From sequence record MN850574.1: DNA of 64,000 nt; one strand, written 5' to 3'. This DNA is from Escherichia phage kaaroe. The notes beneath the pieces are model-generated. The model did not search any database. It was given only the letters and a program-made list of their open reading frames with translations, and had not been told where the DNA came from. Below are positions 55,210-64,000 of this stretch, in pieces (the first letter of the stretch is position 1; each line of letters starts with the position of its first letter). The translations under genes and the position numbers were made by a program.

Positions 55210-56700
55210 TTAGAAAGTACCAAAATCAATCACCGCATTAAGTGGAACTGCGCCAACATCAGCCGGAGTAGGTTTATTACCTTCATGATAAAGCTGATAG
55301 CGGTCCACGGTTTGAGTATTGTTTCTAGAACGGAAAAACACGACCTTTGAGTCGTGGGTGATCCCCAGCTTTTCGGTCCCTTTAATATCACTAATGCGGT
55401 GAATCATAGCAGTACCATCAGCACCGCTTAACGCCGCATAACAGTTATCCCCGTTATAGTTAGTTTTAGCTGTTCTAACACCGTTTGCAGCCGGAACAGT
55501 TAACGGTCCTGTCATGGTATCGCCAGTGACGTTAACATAGCGAATATCAGCCAATTTACGGTGATCTACATAGTTCCATGCAGTCCATGATTCATTAGAA
55601 CACGAACGCCAGCACATCGGATGGTCAATAGATTCAGGATAATACACCTGAACAATTCGACGAGTACCAACAGCATCTTCTGGGCGATATACCATCAAAA
55701 CGCCGTTATAATAGCTATCAGACGGTTTATTAGTACCTGATCCAGCATTTTCCACACGATAGATACCGCGATTAATAAGAGTGTTCCAATCAACGTTTCC
55801 AATGATGGTTGGATTTGCTACCATTGATTTTCTCTCAAAGTAGCTCAAACGAACCAATTCATTAGGACCAGCAGGATCGTTTGTCGCCAACATTCTAGGC
55901 GCTTGCAAGTTACCTTCCATAATATCACCAGCACGTTTAACCTGTGCATCATTGGTGACATTGCCTAGCCCAACATCGGCTTTAGTTGGTTTATTGTTGG
56001 TGTGATAAAAACGACCTTCTCTGCCATTAACAAAAATGGTAGGCTCATCTTTACTTCGGAAGACCAACGTGTCAAGAACGTTACCATAATAGATCTTAGT
56101 CGCATCAAAATTAATTAAATCACGTTCCCTTGCAATTAATTTCGAATCAACCGATAGTTTAACAGTGACAGTGTTTAAATTATATGTTCCTGTGAGGGTA
56201 TCACCGCGACGAGACACCAAATCTAAATCATTATTCGTTGGTTTATTAACAGGGCTATAGACGCGTTGACCTGTGTCTTTAATGGTTGTCCCTTCGATAG
56301 TCCCTTTAGACTTAAATTCGCCCGTTGTGGTGTCAATATACGCCATAATAACGCCATCACGGGCATTAACAAAGCCGATTGACTTCCATGAATGCAAACC
56401 CCAGCTTACGCCGTCAAAATTAGCAGCGTCGCTCTGACCTTTAAAGATACCATTCTTTTTGGTTTCTCCAGCCGATGCGCTACCTACGCTTAAACCTTCC
56501 TCGAAATGAACTTGCTTTTGAAATGTGCCACCTTCGGATGCACTAACAGCATCAAAATCGGTAGCCGAAGGTCTATCAAAAGCGGTATAGATTTTATGAC
56601 CTTTGTAGAAAAGCTGATCCCCCGCTGGCTGGATCGTCAAGTTTCCTTGCGTCCAAATGGGAGATCCACCTACAGTAGATCCATATTTCAAATCTGCCAT
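55210..56700 (-). CDS. 36: long tail fiber distal connector gp36 (enlarged, 496 aa)
   Basis: N-terminal MADLKYGSTVGGSPIWTQGN..PAGD matches recalled T4 gp36; about twice the T4 length. Confidence 0.8.
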   Translation of the reverse strand: MADLKYGSTVGGSPIWTQGNLTIQPAGDQLFYKGHKIYTAFDRPSATDFDAVSASEGGTFQKQVHFEEGLSVGSASAGETKKNGIFKGQSDAANFDGVSWGLHSWKSIGFVNARDGVIMAYIDTTTGEFKSKGTIEGTTIKDTGQRVYSPVNKPTNNDLDLVSRRGDTLTGTYNLNTVTVKLSVDSKLIARERDLINFDATKIYYGNVLDTLVFRSKDEPTIFVNGREGRFYHTNNKPTKADVGLGNVTNDAQVKRAGDIMEGNLQAPRMLATNDPAGPNELVRLSYFERKSMVANPTIIGNVDWNTLINRGIYRVENAGSGTNKPSDSYYNGVLMVYRPEDAVGTRRIVQVYYPESIDHPMCWRSCSNESWTAWNYVDHRKLADIRYVNVTGDTMTGPLTVPAANGVRTAKTNYNGDNCYAALSGADGTAMIHRISDIKGTEKLGITHDSKVVFFRSRNNTQTVDRYQLYHEGNKPTPADVGAVPLNAVIDFGTF

Positions 56701-56734
56701 AAAGTAACCTCAAAAAATTAGTTATAGTTCCGAG

Positions 56735-56742
56735 TATTTATA
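56735..56742 (-). promoter_or_regulatory. T4-type late promoter TATAAATA
   Basis: TATAAATA on - strand about 30 nt upstream of gene 36 ATG. Confidence 0.6.
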
Positions 56743-56870
56743 GAATGTTAACAAAATATCGCTTCGCGACGTGCCGTAGGCACTGGCTATTTTTTAACCG
56801 AAACAAATTTCTATTATTCTAAAGATCTTTCTTCGTTTTGGTTACATTTTAACCAACTGTATAAAAAATA

Positions 56871-56893
56871 AAGCCGACCACATGGGTCGGCTT
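56871..56893 (-). terminator. intrinsic terminator after gene 35
   Basis: AAGCCGACCcatgtGGTCGGCTT followed on - strand by TATTTTTTAT. Confidence 0.6.
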
Positions 56894-56903
56894 GTTAAAA
56901 ATG

Positions 56904-58043
56904 TTAATCAACATCGAACTCTTTAAAGTTGTTGGATGTGATGTGTTTATTATCTCTGGGTAGTTTAAGAAGACTCATTACAGGGTTAGTAAAATCACCG
57001 TTATCCTGAATATGAGTTGTTCTAACACCATTAACACCAAATGAAGTAGGACCAGTAGTTTTGACAACTCCACTGATCGGCGTTATTAGTATGTTTCTAA
57101 TTTTAACAATACCTTCATTGGAGTTGGTTGGATATCTGATACAACCAGTTACTACACTATCAACTCCTTCCGGTACGGTATAGACGGCTTCAAACTTTTC
57201 CCATTGGTCTTTTTTGCTGGCATTGTATCGAACACCAGTTTGATATTGTCCATCGGTGAAGTAGTTGTGATAGAAACGCGCTGTTACGTTGGCTGCGGCT
57301 GCGGCACTATCACGGAACAATTCAAAGGATATTGATAGTTTGTCACCTGCCTTTATGTTAAAATCCTCAAGTGGGGCGCTGGTCTCATCATGAGGCCATT
57401 GTATTAGCTCGAAATGTTCGGCATCTTCGCTAACATACTCAACCGGATAATCTAAAAATCGTTGTGGTGTTCCTGTTATAGCAAGATCATCTATAGTATC
57501 ATAGACTTTCTCAATTTGTATAGATGAATCTTGTCCTTCCCCGTGAGTTGCTTGCATCCCTTCGCACACAATTTTACCCATTTTAGTAGAATAAATTGCT
57601 GCATATGATACACGAGGCATTTGCTGTAGCAAAATGTGATTCGGGAATGATACAGATCCCAGCTTAGAGAATACACCATCACTGATCGGATCTGCAAACA
57701 ATTCTCCATGCGTTGCCATCGCAATGATATAGTCACCTTTCAGCAAAGAAAGATAATCACGCATTGCCAAAACAGCACCGCGACCATAGAATACCTTTTC
57801 TTCGTGTAGTTGTCCAGTTGGAGTAAGAACTTTAAAATTTAGGCCATTTTCATAGCCAGTGCCAACGATCTCCACTCCATTAAATCTAATCCTTGCTGGT
57901 TTGGTAGAATCCGCATTAGATCCGCGCACTTCCAGCTTATACATCACAGAGTTATTTTCTGAAATGCTGGTAAATGTCGCAGAGTCTTCGTCGAAATGCG
58001 CAAACCTAATTCCAGTGTTGCGTAATTCTATATCTTGTGTCAT
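56904..58043 (-). CDS. 35: long tail fiber hinge connector gp35
   Basis: Position between 34 and 36; NNSVMYKLEVRGS, VSYAAIYS and FGVNGVR resemble recalled T4 gp35 segments. Confidence 0.75.
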   Translation of the reverse strand: MTQDIELRNTGIRFAHFDEDSATFTSISENNSVMYKLEVRGSNADSTKPARIRFNGVEIVGTGYENGLNFKVLTPTGQLHEEKVFYGRGAVLAMRDYLSLLKGDYIIAMATHGELFADPISDGVFSKLGSVSFPNHILLQQMPRVSYAAIYSTKMGKIVCEGMQATHGEGQDSSIQIEKVYDTIDDLAITGTPQRFLDYPVEYVSEDAEHFELIQWPHDETSAPLEDFNIKAGDKLSISFELFRDSAAAAANVTARFYHNYFTDGQYQTGVRYNASKKDQWEKFEAVYTVPEGVDSVVTGCIRYPTNSNEGIVKIRNILITPISGVVKTTGPTSFGVNGVRTTHIQDNGDFTNPVMSLLKLPRDNKHITSNNFKEFDVD

Positions 58044-58055
58044 AATAACCCCATA

Positions 58056-58071
58056 GGGGGCTTTCGCCCCC
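58056..58071 (-). other. intercistronic GC hairpin between genes 34 and 35
   Basis: GGGGGCgaaaGCCCCC (minus-strand sense) in the 33-nt gap, no T-run. Confidence 0.4.
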
Positions 58072-58076
58072 TTTAA

Positions 58077-61000
58077 TTAGTCTTCCCAGATAAAGTCTAC
58101 GGTACGAGTCAGATTATTGGCGATGATTTTAACATTACCAACTTTGATCCAATCACGAACCGTCATAGAGTTCATTAAACCACCTTCTGCAACTACTGCC
58201 CCGATTTCCTGAGCGGTAGGCTTATTCTGTTTGGTGTAAATTTCACCCCATGCTGTCCATTGACCACCAGTACCGGAACGGATATAATGTTTATGAGTAC
58301 CATCAGGGGACCAAAGCTGGGTAAGCCCGTCCGCGTCAGTACCCCATTGCATCAGAGTACCGTTTTTCTTCTCTGGATAAGTTTCTTTGATGTTCTGGGT
58401 AGTAACTCGCATATTCCAGAAACCGATGTTACCGATTGCCGGAGCGGTTGCCGCGCTAGCTTCATGCTTAACAGAAACAATAGGCGCATTATCCATAGTC
58501 AGCTTACCGACCATTGTATCGCCAGCATTCTTAACAAACTGACGGTTAAGAACTTCGTCGGCGTTTCCTGCGTGTACGATCTGATATTTCTGTCCGGCGA
58601 TCTCTGTAGTTAACGTTTGATGACCTGCCTTGATGTTAACACTTCCACCGTGACCGATATTCAGCATACCATCTGAGGAACGAGTCATTGCCGGATTAGA
58701 CTGGTCAACTATGTATAAACCGCCTTGTTTCGCATACAGGTTACGACCTGCAATAAAGTCTCTATATGCTGTCGCGTCGCCATTGTGTTTCATAGCAAAG
58801 GCGTAATGCTCAACGACTCCACCATCATTGATTTTACCGAAAGCGATAGCATCACTATCAACAACTTGCGCTGTTCCAGTACCACCAACGATAATAGACC
58901 AAGAGTTTTTCATGCCTTCCGATGCGGTTGTGCCATGCAGAGTAATTCCGGTGTGACCGTCAACTCCACGCTCACCCAACACCAGATGACCATTACTCGG
59001 AACATCGGTCGAGTTCTTAGTCACAGACAGAGTTTCAAAGGAACCTGATTTTAAGCACTCTAAATCGCCCTTCACGTTAACGTTTTTATTAAACGTGTAA
59101 TTGCTCTCTATGGTCTGATCAATGTCTCTACGCGCCCATTTAGCGGCCTCTACGTTACCCAATTTCAAACTATTCTGAGCGGTTGCCATCTTAGGTAAGA
59201 AATTAGCAAGTGCGTAGTTTAATCCTTTAGGGGTAACAGCAATTCCGTCATGCTGGTAGTTTCCTAGTTCTTGAGTAGAACCTTGCAGATTATCACCAAC
59301 AAAACAGTTTTCCTGAGTAGCAACTTTCAAGAAGCCACGACGCGCTTCGGTTGCTTTCCATGTATCCTCTGTCTGAACAACATATTTGAAGTTCTTCGGA
59401 GAAATTGCTACATTGTCCATAATACCAGCCACGGTTTCGGCTTGAGTACCAACTCGGATAATACCTTCTTTACCTTCGGTGGCCTTTTTGCCTTGCAGCT
59501 TTTTAGGCGTGATGATTGTAGTATCATCTTGACCAGCGTCAGTAAGCTGAGTAGTCGCAACTTTAGCGACACCTTTTGTATCTTCGGTTGCATCCAGACC
59601 GCTGATCATGATACCTTGCCACAAATCACCAGTAAGGTTAAGCCCCTGAGTCGGATCTACTTTCAAACGCTGTGCATTCTCAAAGAAGGTTTTAATCTTC
59701 AATGGGGTAGAAATGCGATCATCGTCACGACCTGCGTCAAATTCCGGCTGAGTTGCAATTTCTGCTAAACCGTGTAAAGTTTCCGTTGCGCGGCGAGTAT
59801 GCAACTTTTTAGGCGTGATGATATGGTTATCACTTTGACCTAAGTTTGTTTCTTCCTGAGTTGCAATTTCAGCGATACCAGTGCGCGATTCGGTAGCAGT
59901 ACGTTTCGTTAGCGTGCGAGTCGTGATGAGTAAAGCATCTTGCTGGGTTGATTCTGTAGCCCCTTGCACTTCCGCGTCAGTTGCCAGATAGCCAACACCA
60001 CGGGAAGTTTCGGTCGCCTTGACTTCGTTGATGTTTTTTGGCGTAACAATTTTAGCATGGTCATTGATGTTATAGATCCCTGTACCAGCTTCGCCACGTC
60101 GAGCGGCAGCACTGCCGCCAGCCTGAACAATTTCAGCAATACCAGCGAGATCTTCGGAAGCGCGACGTTCTTCTAATTTCTTAGGAGTAATAGCGCGGGT
60201 ATCGTCTAAACCTTCATTGGTTTCGTGCTGGGTTGCAATTTCCATCACACCACGACGGGCTTCGGTAGCAACACAGTCATTTAACTTTTTAGGCGTAACG
60301 ATAACATCATCCAGGAAGTTGGAACCAGTATCTTGATGCGTTTCCGCTTGAGTCGCAATGCGAGCAATACCGCGTCGAGTTTCGTTGGCGGTTTTATTAG
60401 CCAGCATTTTTGGTGTTACTGCAACTTCGTCGCTAGGATTCTCTTCATGGTTTTTATTCGTTTCAGTTTGGGTAGCCAGTGCAATTACACCAACACGATC
60501 TTTACGAGTCGGATCTACTCGTTCTACAATCGGGTGAGCATGTGCCACCAACCAGTATTTCTTACCATCATCACCTTCTGAATAAGAGAACTCCAGATAA
60601 GGTACATAATCATTTGCAGCGTTGAAAGACAATTCAGATACTCCCGTCCATGTATCGGTCCCATTGAATGGGTACTCGCTACGCTTAGGAAACTGAACCA
60701 TGTTTTTCTGCATAAGGATTTTTGTATCCTCTGTGGCGGTGATAATACGGCAATTCTGGTTTCCGTTCATATACTGCATAGAAACTTGAATACGATCACC
60801 CGGCTCGACATTGGTCGGCAGCGTCAGAGTAACATCACGACCACCAAATACAGCAACATAGCTATTAGGTTGCAAGCGAGTGTCATCGATGATCGGTTTA
60901 AGACGAACAGACTGATCACCATCCCACAAACGCCATAAGTTTTCCGTCTTGTCAAAGATGAATACACCATGACCGCTACGCTTACCGATAATCTCTTTTA

Positions 61001-61817
61001 GACCGGACGTGCCAATTGATTGTTCTTCTGCGTGCTCATGAACTTTAACCGTAACGTGGTTGGTTGCGGTTAATCCGTCAAGGTCTGTAGTCTGGATCAT
61101 GTCGCCATTGTTGGCAAACTTAGGAAGCACTAAGGTAATATTACCCAACGAACTACGACGAAATACCTGATCACCATTCTGCATTTGAATAGCATCAATC
61201 GCTGGCTGTGCGTACACACCGCGTGGCTCTGTTCCTGTCTGATAAACATGCCAACGATTACGAACAAAGATGAAATAGTTCATTGCATACGGGGTAGTGC
61301 AATACCATTTTCGGTTGTACACATTACCGTTATGGTAAAACTCATGTCCTGTACTCAAGAACGATAATTCGTTAACACCACACTTGCCACCGATATCTTT
61401 TACTGTTATAGTGTCTCCCTCTGCTGGTTTAGTTGGCATAGAGAAAGTCAAGTTTGCAAATTGACCATCTGCTGCGATATAATCACCAGACTGTAAAGGA
61501 GTATCACCGGAAGTTGCTGCAATATAATCCCAACGTGGGTCCGTGCGCAGTGCTTGCCATTTAGTCGGGTCAAAATCACCTGCTGGCTTTGTGATATCTT
61601 CTTTTGCATAATACGGACGGTTTTGATAGATTGTAGTTCCGTATTGATCATAACCGCGAGTTGTGTCATACTGAGTAATACCATTATGGTAATTGAAAAA
61701 TTCAACGTTGACCGCATCGGTGTTGACATTCTTATCAGCCAATGCTACATTGACGACCTTTTCATTACCAGCGTCAAAGCCAAATGTGGCCTTGAAATGT
61801 TGAGAAAAATCTGCCAT
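58077..61817 (-). CDS. 34: long tail fiber proximal subunit gp34
   Basis: Repeated TETRRGIARIATQ / TEARRGVMEIATQ / TPKKL units and C-terminal TVRDWIKVGNVKI..FIWED colinear with recalled T4 gp34. Confidence 0.9.
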   Translation of the reverse strand: MADFSQHFKATFGFDAGNEKVVNVALADKNVNTDAVNVEFFNYHNGITQYDTTRGYDQYGTTIYQNRPYYAKEDITKPAGDFDPTKWQALRTDPRWDYIAATSGDTPLQSGDYIAADGQFANLTFSMPTKPAEGDTITVKDIGGKCGVNELSFLSTGHEFYHNGNVYNRKWYCTTPYAMNYFIFVRNRWHVYQTGTEPRGVYAQPAIDAIQMQNGDQVFRRSSLGNITLVLPKFANNGDMIQTTDLDGLTATNHVTVKVHEHAEEQSIGTSGLKEIIGKRSGHGVFIFDKTENLWRLWDGDQSVRLKPIIDDTRLQPNSYVAVFGGRDVTLTLPTNVEPGDRIQVSMQYMNGNQNCRIITATEDTKILMQKNMVQFPKRSEYPFNGTDTWTGVSELSFNAANDYVPYLEFSYSEGDDGKKYWLVAHAHPIVERVDPTRKDRVGVIALATQTETNKNHEENPSDEVAVTPKMLANKTANETRRGIARIATQAETHQDTGSNFLDDVIVTPKKLNDCVATEARRGVMEIATQHETNEGLDDTRAITPKKLEERRASEDLAGIAEIVQAGGSAAARRGEAGTGIYNINDHAKIVTPKNINEVKATETSRGVGYLATDAEVQGATESTQQDALLITTRTLTKRTATESRTGIAEIATQEETNLGQSDNHIITPKKLHTRRATETLHGLAEIATQPEFDAGRDDDRISTPLKIKTFFENAQRLKVDPTQGLNLTGDLWQGIMISGLDATEDTKGVAKVATTQLTDAGQDDTTIITPKKLQGKKATEGKEGIIRVGTQAETVAGIMDNVAISPKNFKYVVQTEDTWKATEARRGFLKVATQENCFVGDNLQGSTQELGNYQHDGIAVTPKGLNYALANFLPKMATAQNSLKLGNVEAAKWARRDIDQTIESNYTFNKNVNVKGDLECLKSGSFETLSVTKNSTDVPSNGHLVLGERGVDGHTGITLHGTTASEGMKNSWSIIVGGTGTAQVVDSDAIAFGKINDGGVVEHYAFAMKHNGDATAYRDFIAGRNLYAKQGGLYIVDQSNPAMTRSSDGMLNIGHGGSVNIKAGHQTLTTEIAGQKYQIVHAGNADEVLNRQFVKNAGDTMVGKLTMDNAPIVSVKHEASAATAPAIGNIGFWNMRVTTQNIKETYPEKKNGTLMQWGTDADGLTQLWSPDGTHKHYIRSGTGGQWTAWGEIYTKQNKPTAQEIGAVVAEGGLMNSMTVRDWIKVGNVKIIANNLTRTVDFIWED

Positions 61818-61845
61818 TATTGGGTCTCCTTTTATAGTATGTTCA

Positions 61846-61853
61846 TATTTATA
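61846..61853 (-). promoter_or_regulatory. T4-type late promoter TATAAATA
   Basis: TATAAATA on - strand 29 nt upstream of gene 34 ATG. Confidence 0.6.
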
Positions 61854-61891
61854 AAATAAGGCTTGATAGAAACAAAAGAGGATGATATATT

Positions 61892-62077
61892 ATGGTTAAA
61901 GTTGATTTGTCAGAAGGTGCAAAATGGGTAGTTGACAGAATCCCTGATAAGGATTACAATTATTTCCGCGCCGAATTAAACAATGCAATTCTGCGAGTTA
62001 TGGAGAAGTACGGGTATGACCGTGAAGTATCTAACTCGTTTGGCGAATATGTTGTTGTGAGAGTGGAGAGAACTTAA
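61892..62077 (+). CDS. hypothetical protein
   Basis: AAGAGGATGATATATTATG start context. Confidence 0.45.
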   Translation: MVKVDLSEGAKWVVDRIPDKDYNYFRAELNNAILRVMEKYGYDREVSNSFGEYVVVRVERT

Positions 62078-62079
62078 TT

Positions 62080-63027
62080 ATGACGTATAACCCATTTACA
62101 AAAACGACCGCTACACTTAATGATTTCTTCGATGATCCAGAAGATAAACTGCCGGAAGGTGTGCATTTGATTGATATGTCGCAGCTTATGATTGCTACTA
62201 TCTCACATACCTTTAAACCGGAAGATCCTATTAATGAAGGTATGATCCGTCATCTTATCCTTGACACCATGCGTTATAATATGACAAAATTCAAAGAGCA
62301 ATACCCAATTACGGTACTTGCCTTTGATTCAAGCAAAGGTTACTGGCGACGTGATATCGCACCTTACTATAAACGCAACCGTAAGGAAAAACGAGACGCA
62401 GATCCGCGTGATTGGGAGATGATCTTTGCTGCGATCAATAAGATCACCGAAGAGTTTAAAGAGAACATGCCTTATCACGTTATTAAGGTTGACAAAGTTG
62501 AAGCGGATGATATAATCGCTGTGTTAACTAAAAAGTTTTCTGTCGAAGGTCGCCAGGTGCTGATCAACTCAGGCGATGGTGACTACACACAGTTACACAA
62601 ATACAAAAACGTGAAACAGTGGTCGCCAGTACAGAAAGCGTGGAAGAAATGCAAATATGGTAGCCCTTACAAAGACCTTATGGTAAAATGTGTTAAGGGT
62701 GACGCAAAAGACGGTGTAGCTTCTATCAAGTGCCGTAGTGATTTCATTATCTCACGACTGGAAGGAGAACGAGCTAAACCAATTGCAACCAAATGGTTAG
62801 AGCAAATTTTCGATGCCGAAGATCCAAAGTCTTTGATGACAGAGGAAGAAGCACGACGCTTTGACGAAAACCGCGAACTTATTGATTTTGAATTTATTCC
62901 TGATAACATCGAATATGAAATTTTGTTAGCATGGGAGAAATCTAAACCAGCACCACGCGGTAAAATTTATAACTATTTTGTAACAAATGCGTTAGTTAAA
63001 ATGTTGCAGAAAATTGGTGAGTTCTAA
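62080..63027 (+). CDS. rnh: RNase H (5'-3' exonuclease/flap endonuclease)
   Basis: RHLILDT, YWRRDIAPYYK, VEADDIIAVL, SGDGDYTQLHKY.NVKQWSP and PRGKIYNYFV colinear with recalled T4 Rnh. Confidence 0.9.
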   Translation: MTYNPFTKTTATLNDFFDDPEDKLPEGVHLIDMSQLMIATISHTFKPEDPINEGMIRHLILDTMRYNMTKFKEQYPITVLAFDSSKGYWRRDIAPYYKRNRKEKRDADPRDWEMIFAAINKITEEFKENMPYHVIKVDKVEADDIIAVLTKKFSVEGRQVLINSGDGDYTQLHKYKNVKQWSPVQKAWKKCKYGSPYKDLMVKCVKGDAKDGVASIKCRSDFIISRLEGERAKPIATKWLEQIFDAEDPKSLMTEEEARRFDENRELIDFEFIPDNIEYEILLAWEKSKPAPRGKIYNYFVTNALVKMLQKIGEF

Positions 63028-63037
63028 GGGTTGATAT

Positions 63038-63634
63038 ATGAAAGAACTTGAATTAAAATACTATGCACACTCACAAATTGGCGTCGAAACAATCTGTGAT
63101 TTGTGGGTAGCAATGTATGACGGGTACAATCTAGTAGATCGTGCTAACACTCTAAAACACGAATTTTATTATGATACCGAAGATCATGCACTGCGTCGAA
63201 AAGGAATTTATGCTCGACTTGACGTTAATAGATCATTGATCATGGTCAAAATAGGTGATAGTGAATCTGGACTCTTCAACCGAGAAGAAATTACTTTTTC
63301 AACAATGGATGATTTCTATCATTATGTTGATAGTCTAGGCGTAAACTCCGACCTTATCGTTCCTTTATTGCAAGTAATGACATACCGCAAGTCATTGACA
63401 CTTGACCTTGAGGGTGCTATAGTGGAAATGTGCAAAGACACTTTCTATTATTGCAAAGTCGGCGAAAGAATGGGAGAGGCTCACTATGAACTTGAGTTCG
63501 AGTTAAAATCAGGTGATGAAAAAGCACTTGACATTATCCGAGAAATGATGCTAGAATATGTTGGTGACGATTTAAGTCCTAGCGAATTTTCAAAAGCTGA
63601 ACGTGGTTTTCAATTAATGACGAAAGAGGGTTAA
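63038..63634 (+). CDS. CYTH-like (triphosphate tunnel metalloenzyme-like) domain protein
   Basis: N-terminal ELELK (ExExK) and C-terminal YELEFELK acidic motif; 198 aa. Confidence 0.45.
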   Translation: MKELELKYYAHSQIGVETICDLWVAMYDGYNLVDRANTLKHEFYYDTEDHALRRKGIYARLDVNRSLIMVKIGDSESGLFNREEITFSTMDDFYHYVDSLGVNSDLIVPLLQVMTYRKSLTLDLEGAIVEMCKDTFYYCKVGERMGEAHYELEFELKSGDEKALDIIREMMLEYVGDDLSPSEFSKAERGFQLMTKEG

Positions 63635-63638
63635 TATT

Positions 63639-63914
63639 ATGACTGAACAGAAAAAAGAAAAAGTAGTATTTGACGAAGCAGTGCACGGAAATACCCTGGC
63701 ACAACTGATTAAAGAAGCCAGCGATCAGAAAACCATTCAAGAAGCATATGGCGATAAGATCAAAGAGATCAAACAGCGTGCTAAAGAAGAATTAGGCGTA
63801 GATGGTAAAATGTGGGGCATTCTGTTTAAACTGTATCACCAGCAACAGCGCGAAACCTTCGAAGCAGAACGCGATGAAGCAGTAGAACTCTATGATCGGG
63901 TGTTCAATGCTTAA
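63639..63914 (+). CDS. dsbA: late-promoter/dsDNA-binding protein DsbA-like
   Basis: FDEAVHG..LAQLIKEASD..RAKEELGVDGKM..FEAERDEAVELYDRVF resembles recalled T4 DsbA; position after rnh. Confidence 0.6.
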   Translation: MTEQKKEKVVFDEAVHGNTLAQLIKEASDQKTIQEAYGDKIKEIKQRAKEELGVDGKMWGILFKLYHQQQRETFEAERDEAVELYDRVFNA

Positions 63915-64000
63915 TGAACATGCGGTAAAAGCCGCGAATAAAACAGCAAACGGTCTTGCAATCGAAAAACTGGTTGTTGAAGAGGGATTGACTTATCTTG

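Noticed and set aside
1-64000. CRISPR array or tRNA genes
   Set aside because: The recurring GAGGATTATATTATG and AAGGAGAATCAA strings are translation-initiation leaders at irregular spacing, not spacer-separated repeats. No cloverleaf-like 70-90 nt GC-rich segments were noticed.

Overview
This 64-kb window reads as a segment of a T4-like (Tevenvirinae) myovirus genome, with almost every gene on the + strand. Core gene order is colinear with T4: dam, nrdC, 49, nrdD, nrdG, nrdH, 55, 47, 46, 45, 44, 62, regA, 43, uvsX, 41, 61, 56-like, dda, dexA, 39, rIIA, rIIB, 52. A convergent late unit follows on the - strand (34, 35, 36, 37, small ORF, holin t), then rnh, a CYTH-like gene and dsbA on +. All protein calls rest on recalled T4 sequences and motifs, not on a database search. 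Between the conserved genes are many small ORFs of unknown function, including three tandem paralog families. Notable differences from T4: no 42/imm/beta-gt between 43 and uvsX, no alpha-gt between 47 and 55, an unsplit topoisomerase gene 39, an intron-free nrdD, no gp38, and a gp37 carrying a C-terminal S74-type intramolecular chaperone domain. Early promoters (TTGACA-17-TATAAT) are frequently embedded in hairpins, which resemble the promoter-early stem-loops (PeSL) reported for RB49-type phages; this attribution is from memory. I did not find a single clearly novel multi-gene system; the strongest candidates for follow-up are the hairpin-promoter cassettes, the paralog arrays, the rIIB HTH duplication, the secreted DUF1311-like protein and the CYTH-like insertion.
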